This document shows positions 54,189 to 63,606 of a stretch of DNA of 64,000 nt, one piece after another. Positions within the stretch are counted from its first letter, which is position 1; each line of letters begins with the position of its first letter. Made by a program: the position numbers and the translations under genes. Below the pieces are notes generated by a model. The model searched no databases. It worked only from the letters and a program-made list of their open reading frames with translations, and was not told the DNA's origin. Source of the stretch: a virus; IMG/VR virus record IMGVR_UViG_3300033545_000001, positions 32,001 to 96,000 of that record. One strand, 5' to 3'.

Positions 54189-57100
54189 GTGCCTAGTGTA
54201 CCTGGAGATCACACATACGATGTGGTTTATCGCGCAACTGCTGACTTCACAGATCTCTTCGCTGAAGTAGCAGCAGCCAAGGCTGCGATGGAAGAGCTCA
54301 AAGAGAGCACTGACGATACCAACTCTTCTAGTGAAGATGGCGCTAAGGCCGCCGCAGATGCTGAGGAAGCTCGCACTAAGGCGATGCAGGATGCCTCAAA
54401 GGCAGCCAAGGAATATGAGCAGCAGCAATTGTTGCTCAACAAGGCTGAGAACAATGGCTTCAACACGCCCCAGGAAGCTAAAGCTTTCCGTGATCAAGAT
54501 ACTCAGAGTCTTTTACAGCACAACATTCAAGAAAATGGTGGACGCACAAGTCCAGACCAGGCTCTTCAAGATATTCGCAATAAGACTGCTGCCCTAAATA
54601 GTGAGAATGCATCTCTTGCTGAAATGCGAGAGACCATTGATGAGTCCACTAACTCTCTCCAGGATGCCAGTAAGGCAGCTCAAGATTTTCAAGACAGCCT
54701 AGAAGATCTTGAAGAAGGTTCTCAGGATGTTAAGCAGGCTGTAGAAGATACAGGTCAAGCTCTAGATGATTTCTCTTCTAAGTCTAAGAGTGCTGGAAGT
54801 AATGCTTCTCAAACTGGAAACAATCTAAAAGATATTGCTGAGGGAGCTTCTATAGCTGCCAGGGGTATTGATGATGTAAATCAATCTCTTGATGAAAGCT
54901 CTAAGGCATTTTTGGAATATCAGCAAGCTCGCAAAGATGCCAACTCTGCTGCAAACCAGACTCCTACAACTTCATTAAACACTTCTATTGGCAATGCCTC
55001 AACTGACATTGAAGAGGCCATGCGTGAGCAAGCAGCAGCAATTGCTGCTGCCAATCAGTCTCGCAATAACATGTCAGCTGAATCGTTAGCAGAGTCAGCT
55101 GAAAAGAATGCTGCAAACAATGTCTCTACTGGGCTGTTCTCGGCAGAGGCTCTTAATGGCGCAAAGAACTTTGCAGAAGAAGTAGAGGAAGAAGTAACTC
55201 CTGCTGTCAAGAATGCTGACAGTGCTTTGAAGGCTGCTGGGCAATCTGCTTCTGGTCTAAGCGATGAATTTGAAGCTTCTACTGCTCAAGGTGTTGTTTT
55301 ATCAGCTGCTATGGCTGACGTGGACAAGAAGGTAGAAGGACTTTCTAATAACCTCAGCAGCGGCTTCTCTTCTGCTTTTGTTAAGCAGCTGGGTGGAGTT
55401 CTCAAGGATTACAATTCTGTAGCTAAGGCCGCTACTGGCTTAGATGACCCTTCTGCACGTCAGTGGGTAGTTGATACAGGCAATGAACTTGACAGTCTGG
55501 CTGTGCAGCTTCAGGAGACTCAGAAGGGCATAGAGGGAGTTGGAGGAGCATTTGAATCCTCTGGGGATGATGCTGACAACTTCGGAACTGTGCTTTCAAA
55601 GGTTAATAGTGCGTCTGCTGTAATTCTAGCTAGTAACCTAGAATCTATTGAGAACAAGCTAGCTAAGATGCACAGCGATCTTGAGACTGGCGGTAATGAC
55701 TGGGATACCTTTGCATCAAGTATTGCCAAGACTAACTCGCAGCTGAATGCTGCCACAAAGCAAGCAGCTGCACTAGATGATCCTGCTGCTAAGAATGCTG
55801 TAACTGATCTTAAGATTGCATTCGATTCTTTGTCTATGCAGGCATTGGCATCTAGAGATGATGTTGATGTATTCACTGCTTCTGAAATGAAGAACAGTGC
55901 AGCTTCGGTAATTCTAGCTAGTAATATAGAAGCTATTGAAGACAAGCTCACTAAGATGAGCACTGATCTAGAAGCTGGTGGAAACGACTGGGATGCCTTC
56001 TCAGTAAGTATTGCTAAGACCAACGCTCAGCTTAACGCTGCTTCGAAGCAGGCAGATGCTCTAGATGATCCTGATGCAAAGAATGCTGTCAATGATTTGA
56101 AGGAAGCCTTTGGTTACCTATCTCAGCAGGCACTTGCATCTAAGGACGACCTAGATGTATTCACTGCTGCTGAGAGCAAGAACAGTGCAACTTCTGTACT
56201 GCTTTCTAGTAACATAGACAGTGTAAGGTCTAAGGTAGACGATCTAGAGAATTCTCTGAAGTCTGGGGACTCTGCCTGGAATGACTTCATTGTAGCTCTA
56301 ACTAAGGCCAACACTGAGTTGGCAGGCGTAGGAAAGCAGGCTGGGACTCTAGGAGATACTGAATCTAGAAATTCTATAAATGCTCTACAGCTAGCTCTTA
56401 ATGATATAGCTGTACAGGCTCTAGGCTCTAAAGATGATTTGGGAGCATTCAAGACTGCTGAGGATGTGGCAGCTGAGAGTGCTGCCAAGCTTGCTGCTGC
56501 CACAAAAGATGCAAAGACAGCTGCCTATGAGGCAACAACCACTTATAAAATATTCGCTAGTGGCCTTAAGGCAATTTCTAATGAATTTGCATCTTTGTCT
56601 GCTCAGACAAAAGCAGAAGGCGGAGGAAGTGGATTCTTAGGATTCCTAGGTAATTTCTTAGGTGGAGGACTTAGCGGAGTTTCTTCAGGATTCAATGCTC
56701 TAGCTACTGCTGCTGGAAGCGCACTTCCCCTAGTTCTAGGTCTTTCTGTAGCTATTCCTGCTGTTGCTACAGCTATTGTAGGTCTTGCCACAATAGTTGG
56801 AGGTTTAGTAGGCGCTATGGCGCCAATGGTGGGTATATTTATCACCTTCTTGCCTATTATTCTAGGTGTGGCAGAGGCTGCTGGAGTTCTATATCTTGCT
56901 ATTGAACCACTGATCTCTGCTGTCAATGAATTCAGACAGGCTACTACCAAGAGCGGAGCAGAAGCTGCCCTCAAGGGACTTAGTCCTGTCATGGCACAGG
57001 CAGCTAAAGACATTGCTGGATTTATCAAGGCTCTTACTGGAGCTAAGGGAGCCCTTAAGGATATTGGCACTGAGGTATTCTCTCCTCTCCTGGGATCTCT

Positions 57101-60100
57101 TAGTAAGTTAAGTACTGTAATTAAGCCTGTTGAAGAGGCTTTGAATACAATGGCTGGAGCTGCGGGTAAGTTCCTACAGCCAGTTCTTGCTGGATTCGTC
57201 AATTTCTTGGACAGCTCTAATTTCCAAACCTTGACAAAAGCAGCTGCTGACGGACTTGTGTACTTTGGTGGAACTGTATCCAACTTCCTAGATGCTTTGG
57301 GCAAGTTGGCAACTGATGCTGCTCCTTACACAGTTCAAATTGCTAAGATATTTGATGATCTGTCAAAGGCTCTAAATACATCTGTATCTGTAGGATCTAG
57401 TGATGGAAGTATCAGCACATTCCTCAATCAGATGATGACAGGATTTGGAATCCTGTTTAACATCATCAGTGGAATCTTTGATATTCTAGCCAAGTGGGGT
57501 CCTGCTCTTGCTCCTATTGGCAATCTTATTGGAAATGATCTAGCTAAGGGACTCCATGATGCAGCTAATGCTGCTGACAGTGTTGACTTTAAGCAGTGGA
57601 ACAGTGAGCTTACCCAGTTCATTTCAGGAATTGGAACAGCGGCCAAGGGTATTGGTACACTATTTGCAGCTCTAGTAAATAACAAGTTCCTAGGATTCCT
57701 TGGAGACATCCTTACTGATATTGGACATATTGCTACTGCTCTGGCTCCTATTGTCAAGTTCTTTACTGACATTGTTGCAGGATCTCTACCTGCTCTACAG
57801 AAGATATTCAATGATATCTCTGGTGTAGTAGTGGGCATATTGAAGCCTATTGATGACTTCCTGGATAAGGTAGAGCAGAACAAGGACGCCATGAAGGTCC
57901 TTTCCGGAATCTTCACTGCTTTGGCTTCTCTGGTTATCGCTGGAAGTGTTCTCTCATTCTTCAGCATGCTGGGAGGATTGGCAGGTAAGGGATTCTCAGG
58001 CCTTATAGATCTTATCAACAAGATCCCTGGAATCAATCTTCCTGGAGGATCAGGCGGAAGTAGTGGAAGTAGCACTCCCGTAGTAAGCGCTATCAACAAG
58101 CTTGGTGTTGATGTAAGTGCTAATGCTGATGAGAATGCTGCAAAGATTGTCACAGCTATTACTGGGGAAGAGACTGAAGAAGGAGTAGCAGGAGAAGGTG
58201 AATCAGCAGCTGGTGCTGAAGCTGCTGGTATTGGAGCTACTGCTACTATTGCGGGCATTGTTACTGCTGTTTTGGCATTCCTTGGTGCAGGATTCCTTAT
58301 CTACGAGATTATTCATGGAGCTGCTGATCCTAATTCTACGGTTCACAGGGCTAACAGTTATGTTACTCAGCATGATGGGGCTAATTGGTGGGACAGGGAA
58401 GTAGCTGGACCCGCTGATAGAGATGTGTATGATCCTACTGGCCGTGGAATTGCTGGCGCCGCTAAGGGTCTTGCTGATATTAATAAGACTGCTGTTCCTG
58501 ACTTCTTTACAGATGACACTCAGTGGGAGAAGGATGCTAATAAGGCAATGATCGCATTCTTCACAGGTAACGCTGGTTGGGAGAAGGCATCTAATACAGC
58601 TATTCCTGACTTCTTCACAGACAAGTCTGAATGGGAAAGGACTGCGCAGAGAGCTGTAGGGGACTTCTTTACCAATAATGATGAGTGGGAGAAGGCTTCT
58701 GAAACAGCAGTTGGACATTTCTTCACAGACAACACTGCTTGGGAAAAGGCTGCTAATCATGCTATAGCTGATTTCTTTACAGACAATACTGGCTGGGAGA
58801 AGGCTGCTGATAAGTCTATTTCAGGGTGGTTCAGCAGTGCTGGCGAATGGTTCATGCGTGATGTGTATGAGCCTATCGAGAAGTGGGTAACTAACGACTT
58901 TGTCGGATTCTTCACTAACTCAGTAGCCCGCTGGTTTACTGATGCTGGCTCATGGTTCATGAGAGATGTTTATGAGCCTGTAAAGAATTGGGTTACTGGA
59001 GACTTTGTAAACTTCTTTACTAGCTCTATTCCTCACTGGTTCGATGATGTAACCACTTGGTTCATGAGAGATGTCTATAATCCAGTAGAGCATTGGGTTA
59101 TGAATGATATCCCTGGATTTTTCACTAATTCTATCCCTAACTGGTTCTCCAGTGTGTGGAAGGAATTCCAGAAGAATGTTGTTGATCCTATTGGTAACTG
59201 GCTGACGGGTACTGGAAGTGATTCACTGACAGGATTCTTTGAAGCTGGATTCAAGGATGCTCTTAACGCTGTAATCAAGGACGTATTCAACAACGGACTT
59301 ATCCATCTATTGAATGATGCTCTTGGTGTAGTAGGTCTGAAGATTCCTAACATTCCTACATTCGCAGCAGGAGGCCATGTACAAGGCAACCTAGGAGAAG
59401 CTGATAACAGCGATTCTGTATGGGCTAAACTGACTCCCGGAGAATTCGTTATTCGTAAGAGAGCTGCTGCTGCTCTTGGACCAGACACTCTGGCTCAATT
59501 GAATCAGGCAGACAGGCCAGGAGCTATTGGCAAGCACGCTAATGGAGGATACGCAGGAGCCTTCGCAGGCGGCGGTATAGTAGGAGACGTAGAAGGCTGG
59601 GGAAGCAGCCTGCTTTCAGGTGCTGAGGGCCTAGTAGGAGACGTGGCTAGCTGGGCTTCAAGTTTCGTCTCCGGAGCCCTACAGAGTACGTTTAATGAAG
59701 CTTACAAGGCTATCGTTAATCCTATCCTTGGCACCTTGCCTTCAGGCACTATTCCTACAGGAATGGCTACCTTGGCTGCTGGAAGTGTGAAGAATGCTGT
59801 AGATGTGTTCTTAGGAGCTCAGGATCAGAAGGCTGATGCTGCTGCAACAGGAGCAGTTGGAGGCTCTCTTCCAACTGGAGATCACAAGCAGATCATTGTT
59901 GAAGCTCTTCAGGCTGCTGGAGTTGCTGCTAATCAATGGCCTGTGTGGGAAACAGGATTGAACACTCTTATTACAAGAGAGTCTAGTTGGAATCCATCTT
60001 CTGTTAACACAACTGACTCTAACGCTGCTGCTGGGAATCCTTCAGAAGGACTTGCTCAGACAACTGGTACTACCTTCAATGAGTACCATGTGCCAGGAAC

Positions 60101-60470
60101 TTCTGACGACATTCTAGATCCTGTAGCTAATGTTGCTGCTGCCATTAAGTATATTGAAGATGTATATGGTTCAATTACTAATGTTCAGCAGGCTAATGCC
60201 AATGAGCCTCCAAAGGGTTATGCTACAGGCGGATTCGTGGGAGATCCAACTTTGGGAATGGGATTTGCTGCTGGAGGTTACAGTATGGCTCCTACAGCTG
60301 GAACTCCTTCAATGAAGTCTCAGGCTGGAATGAATGCTGGTGGAAGACTTTCTGGTCCTGGAGTTCATGTGGAAAATTTGAACATCACTAATCCAATTCC
60401 AGAGCAGTCAGGCGATTCTCTACAGAGAGCAATGACTCGCTTGCGCGTCTATGACGGGAGAGGCAACTAA
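54189..60470 (+). CDS. Tape measure protein with C-terminal SLT lytic transglycosylase
   Basis: 2093 aa, helical, Trp/Phe repeats, FAAGG...LTPGEFVI, RESSWNP...EGLAQ...DPVANVAAAIKY. Confidence 0.93.
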   Translation: MPSVPGDHTYDVVYRATADFTDLFAEVAAAKAAMEELKESTDDTNSSSEDGAKAAADAEEARTKAMQDASKAAKEYEQQQLLLNKAENNGFNTPQEAKAFRDQDTQSLLQHNIQENGGRTSPDQALQDIRNKTAALNSENASLAEMRETIDESTNSLQDASKAAQDFQDSLEDLEEGSQDVKQAVEDTGQALDDFSSKSKSAGSNASQTGNNLKDIAEGASIAARGIDDVNQSLDESSKAFLEYQQARKDANSAANQTPTTSLNTSIGNASTDIEEAMREQAAAIAAANQSRNNMSAESLAESAEKNAANNVSTGLFSAEALNGAKNFAEEVEEEVTPAVKNADSALKAAGQSASGLSDEFEASTAQGVVLSAAMADVDKKVEGLSNNLSSGFSSAFVKQLGGVLKDYNSVAKAATGLDDPSARQWVVDTGNELDSLAVQLQETQKGIEGVGGAFESSGDDADNFGTVLSKVNSASAVILASNLESIENKLAKMHSDLETGGNDWDTFASSIAKTNSQLNAATKQAAALDDPAAKNAVTDLKIAFDSLSMQALASRDDVDVFTASEMKNSAASVILASNIEAIEDKLTKMSTDLEAGGNDWDAFSVSIAKTNAQLNAASKQADALDDPDAKNAVNDLKEAFGYLSQQALASKDDLDVFTAAESKNSATSVLLSSNIDSVRSKVDDLENSLKSGDSAWNDFIVALTKANTELAGVGKQAGTLGDTESRNSINALQLALNDIAVQALGSKDDLGAFKTAEDVAAESAAKLAAATKDAKTAAYEATTTYKIFASGLKAISNEFASLSAQTKAEGGGSGFLGFLGNFLGGGLSGVSSGFNALATAAGSALPLVLGLSVAIPAVATAIVGLATIVGGLVGAMAPMVGIFITFLPIILGVAEAAGVLYLAIEPLISAVNEFRQATTKSGAEAALKGLSPVMAQAAKDIAGFIKALTGAKGALKDIGTEVFSPLLGSLSKLSTVIKPVEEALNTMAGAAGKFLQPVLAGFVNFLDSSNFQTLTKAAADGLVYFGGTVSNFLDALGKLATDAAPYTVQIAKIFDDLSKALNTSVSVGSSDGSISTFLNQMMTGFGILFNIISGIFDILAKWGPALAPIGNLIGNDLAKGLHDAANAADSVDFKQWNSELTQFISGIGTAAKGIGTLFAALVNNKFLGFLGDILTDIGHIATALAPIVKFFTDIVAGSLPALQKIFNDISGVVVGILKPIDDFLDKVEQNKDAMKVLSGIFTALASLVIAGSVLSFFSMLGGLAGKGFSGLIDLINKIPGINLPGGSGGSSGSSTPVVSAINKLGVDVSANADENAAKIVTAITGEETEEGVAGEGESAAGAEAAGIGATATIAGIVTAVLAFLGAGFLIYEIIHGAADPNSTVHRANSYVTQHDGANWWDREVAGPADRDVYDPTGRGIAGAAKGLADINKTAVPDFFTDDTQWEKDANKAMIAFFTGNAGWEKASNTAIPDFFTDKSEWERTAQRAVGDFFTNNDEWEKASETAVGHFFTDNTAWEKAANHAIADFFTDNTGWEKAADKSISGWFSSAGEWFMRDVYEPIEKWVTNDFVGFFTNSVARWFTDAGSWFMRDVYEPVKNWVTGDFVNFFTSSIPHWFDDVTTWFMRDVYNPVEHWVMNDIPGFFTNSIPNWFSSVWKEFQKNVVDPIGNWLTGTGSDSLTGFFEAGFKDALNAVIKDVFNNGLIHLLNDALGVVGLKIPNIPTFAAGGHVQGNLGEADNSDSVWAKLTPGEFVIRKRAAAALGPDTLAQLNQADRPGAIGKHANGGYAGAFAGGGIVGDVEGWGSSLLSGAEGLVGDVASWASSFVSGALQSTFNEAYKAIVNPILGTLPSGTIPTGMATLAAGSVKNAVDVFLGAQDQKADAAATGAVGGSLPTGDHKQIIVEALQAAGVAANQWPVWETGLNTLITRESSWNPSSVNTTDSNAAAGNPSEGLAQTTGTTFNEYHVPGTSDDILDPVANVAAAIKYIEDVYGSITNVQQANANEPPKGYATGGFVGDPTLGMGFAAGGYSMAPTAGTPSMKSQAGMNAGGRLSGPGVHVENLNITNPIPEQSGDSLQRAMTRLRVYDGRGN

Positions 60471-60518
60471 CTGCCGCTTGTAGTAAAAGTACAGTCATTG
60501 CGCAGTTAGGAGCCTTTT

Positions 60519-60566
60519 ATGAAGTGCAGTTCTTGCTTGGAGAAGTATGATGGACGTGGAAACTAA
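60519..60566 (+). pseudogene. Probable homing-endonuclease remnant fused to a duplicate of the tape measure 3' end
   Basis: AGGAG RBS; MKCSSCLEK-YDGRGN*, where YDGRGN* equals the TMP C-terminus. Confidence 0.6.
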
Positions 60567-60587
60567 TGGAGCCCATGGAGGCGTTAG

Positions 60588-61478
60588 ATGACTAACAGCG
60601 ATAACGAATATTGGTTCGTAGGTGGAACCAGTCTGAATCAGTACTGCTGGGCTGTTAACACTTTTGCTGCTGGACGAGCTGTTCCAGTTCTGCGTGGAAA
60701 TAACATTCAAGTAGCTTACATTCCCGGTCAGATTCATCGTCAGAAGTATCCTGACAGTAGAACTTTGGACTTTGCCATGTTTGTGGCTGCTGTTGATCCC
60801 ACAACTGATCAGCCTCCATCTCAGGCACAGAAGCTGATGTTCAGCAACAATGTAAAGACATTACAGAAATTGTTCTATAATTACAATGGTCAGGTTGCTG
60901 GACAGCAGATTCCTCTTACACGTCAATGGTACTATTCTCTTCCAATAAATATAGGAATGCCTCAAGGTGTTCCCACTATGGTACAGGCAACAGCTCAAGC
61001 TGAAATAGCTGGGGACCTTCAACTTACTATGAATGGTCCCCATTCGGCTAGTCTTACAGTAAGTCTTTTGTTAGCTGATCCCTATTTCTATGGGCCAGCT
61101 ATTACAGGAGCTGTACCAGTTAACACTACTGCCTCAAGTGTTATCAATACTGGTGATGATGTTGCTGCGTATTTCAATAATTCAGTAACATTGTATGGTC
61201 CTTTGCAATATCCTAGGCTATTGAATGCTACAACAAGTCCAAATACATGGTTCCAGCTTAATACTGTTATCTTAGCTGGGGATTCTGTAACACTGGATAT
61301 TGCCAACTTCACAGCTTATAGAGCTTCTGACGGGGCTAACCTGTCAGGACTTCTGAGCCATTCGGGGACTACTAGGTGGATGAGTTATTATCCAGGAGTT
61401 AACAGTCTTATTCTGAGTTCTAATAATAGCGGAGATACAGGAAGTGCTACATTTTCCTTTGTACCTCCTTATGTCTAA
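60588..61478 (+). CDS. Distal tail (Dit-like) protein
   Basis: Directly after TMP; LADPYFYG, PGVNSL patterns. Confidence 0.75.
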   Translation: MTNSDNEYWFVGGTSLNQYCWAVNTFAAGRAVPVLRGNNIQVAYIPGQIHRQKYPDSRTLDFAMFVAAVDPTTDQPPSQAQKLMFSNNVKTLQKLFYNYNGQVAGQQIPLTRQWYYSLPINIGMPQGVPTMVQATAQAEIAGDLQLTMNGPHSASLTVSLLLADPYFYGPAITGAVPVNTTASSVINTGDDVAAYFNNSVTLYGPLQYPRLLNATTSPNTWFQLNTVILAGDSVTLDIANFTAYRASDGANLSGLLSHSGTTRWMSYYPGVNSLILSSNNSGDTGSATFSFVPPYV

Positions 61479-61528
61479 TCCGATTGTTTATATGATTTTA
61501 CTCCTAGAGTCCATGGAGACCAGCATAC

Positions 61529-61723
61529 ATGACCCAAAATCGTTCTTTTTCTGCTGATCACGATCACTCTTGCTGCCCAAACCCTGCAAAAAGTTGCGGA
61601 GAGTGTATAAGAGGACTGTTATGTCAACGTTGTAATATGGCTTTGGGTCTCCTAGCTGATAATGTAGAAACTTTATTGAGGGCAGTAAATTACCTAAGTG
61701 GTGAGTCTAATTACACAGAATAG
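61529..61723 (+). pseudogene. Truncated endonuclease VII-like gene (C-terminal part only)
   Basis: DHDHSCC...[19 protein letters not shown]...RAVNYL; upstream domains absent. Confidence 0.8.
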
Positions 61724-62663
61724 ATATTACTCTAATCTAGCTCAGGCAACATTTATTGCCAATACAGGCGGATTAGGTATTTCTACAGCTTCTCTTCAGG
61801 TTACTGCTAATGAGAACTGGCCTACTCAGTTTCCATTCGCTCTTTGGTTAGAGCCGAATACTAACAATGCTGAAGTAGTCCTTGTAACATCTGGAAGTGG
61901 CACTTCTATTAGTCCTTATGCCATTACACGTGGCTATGATGGAACTATTGCCTTTGCTCACGCTTCTGGAGCTATTGTAACCCCTGGCGTTATTGAGCTT
62001 GACCTGGCTGATCCTCAGAATCATATTAATCTATCAGGATCGACTTCAGGTGCTCACGGTCTTCCAGCCTCAGCTTGGTTGGGAGGACAGCTTCAGCTTA
62101 TCAGCACTCAGACTGTCCTCACTCCACAGCCAACTGTGACTTTCAACTCAGCTGTGTTTGCAACTATTCCATCATCTATAAATCACCTGCTAGTAATGGT
62201 TCAGGCTCTGTCCTCTTCCCTGGCTAATAATAATGATTATTTAATGGTACAGTATAATGGATATACAGGCAGCTTTTACTGTGATGAATTCCTTCTAAAT
62301 GTCAATGGGACTAACACCACTGGCAACTCTGCCTCTAACACTTCCTCATCAGGTATGACTAACAACTGGCATATCAACTCCAGCATGGCTACTTGTGGAG
62401 TTATTATGACTACTGATGATGGAATAGCTTCTACAGGATACTGTGAGGTAGTATTCCCTAACTTTAAGAATACTGCAAATACTGCTCCAAGAGGTCATAA
62501 CTTCAAATTCGGTGGAAGTAATAACACAGTTCCTTATATAATCTCAGGGAATGGCAGTGGATCTTGTGCTAATGTGACAGCTCCTATTACTTCACTGACA
62601 TTCCAGACTATTCTAGGGTATAACTTCACAGCTAACTCTGTATTCCAGCTGTATGGTTTCTAG
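61698..62663 (+). CDS. Minor tail/fibre protein, paralog 1
   Basis: About 130-aa N-terminal domain shared with the next gene; start codon uncertain. Confidence 0.75.
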   Translation: MVSLITQNRYYSNLAQATFIANTGGLGISTASLQVTANENWPTQFPFALWLEPNTNNAEVVLVTSGSGTSISPYAITRGYDGTIAFAHASGAIVTPGVIELDLADPQNHINLSGSTSGAHGLPASAWLGGQLQLISTQTVLTPQPTVTFNSAVFATIPSSINHLLVMVQALSSSLANNNDYLMVQYNGYTGSFYCDEFLLNVNGTNTTGNSASNTSSSGMTNNWHINSSMATCGVIMTTDDGIASTGYCEVVFPNFKNTANTAPRGHNFKFGGSNNTVPYIISGNGSGSCANVTAPITSLTFQTILGYNFTANSVFQLYGF

Positions 62664-62671
62664 GGAGAATT

Positions 62672-63601
62672 ATGTCTACTCAGAATAGATACTACAGTAA
62701 TCTTGGCCAGGGGACCTTCATTACCAACACTGGTGGACTGACAGCTAGCGCATCTGCTCTTACTGTTCAATCTAGCGGAAACTGGCCCACTCAATTTCCT
62801 TTCACTGTGCGACTGGAACCAGGAACTGCTAATGAGGAAGTTGCTCTAGTAACATCTGGAGCTGGAACGGCTGCCACGCCTTATCAGCTACAAAGAGGAT
62901 ATGATGGCACTAATCAGTTAGTACATGCTCAAGGAGCTTCTGTAATTCCTGGATTCTGTCAGCTGGACTTTTCTCAAGCAGGTCAGCACATTAATTTGAC
63001 AGGTTCAGCTTCAGGTGCTCACGGTCTTCCAGCCGGAGCGTGGCTTGGTGGAACTCAGCAACTTATCAATAAGTATGCTTACACAGCATTCTCAGGAACA
63101 CAGCTTAACATTACTAGCATTCCCCAGACATTCAGTCATCTTAGATTGATTTATAGCCTTAGAGGCAATGGAACTACTACAGGTCACTTTGGAGCGAGCG
63201 TTCCTTTCGGAGATGCTCTCCAGATGGCAATGAATGGTGTGACAACCGCTACTTATACTGGTCTTTACACTATACAGTATCCAGGAACTTCCACACCTTC
63301 TGGGACTATCACTCCTGGTGCAGCATTCAATTGTGGCATTATATGGAATCAATACTATGCTACTCCAGGTATGGGTAATGGATATGTGGATATCTTCTCA
63401 TATGCTGATACTACAGGCATTAAGCAGGTAAGTTTCAATGGTTCCGCTTCTGATCATGGAAGTGCTTATGGTGCTGTATTTGGATGGGCTGGTCCTGGAG
63501 GATCTTCCAATGCTCATGCTATAACTTCTATACAACTCAGTGTGTCTGGATCTTCTTCAGGATTTATAGCTGGTAACGTCTGGCTTTACGGAATTTCATA
63601 G
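62672..63601 (+). CDS. Minor tail/fibre protein, paralog 2
   Basis: GGGAG RBS; [30 protein letters not shown] shared with paralog 1. Confidence 0.8.
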   Translation: MSTQNRYYSNLGQGTFITNTGGLTASASALTVQSSGNWPTQFPFTVRLEPGTANEEVALVTSGAGTAATPYQLQRGYDGTNQLVHAQGASVIPGFCQLDFSQAGQHINLTGSASGAHGLPAGAWLGGTQQLINKYAYTAFSGTQLNITSIPQTFSHLRLIYSLRGNGTTTGHFGASVPFGDALQMAMNGVTTATYTGLYTIQYPGTSTPSGTITPGAAFNCGIIWNQYYATPGMGNGYVDIFSYADTTGIKQVSFNGSASDHGSAYGAVFGWAGPGGSSNAHAITSIQLSVSGSSSGFIAGNVWLYGIS

Positions 63602-63606
63602 GAGTA

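Noticed and set aside
54227-59488. Many long minus-strand ORFs within the tape measure gene
   Set aside because: Antisense shadows of an Ala/Ser/Gly-rich coding strand
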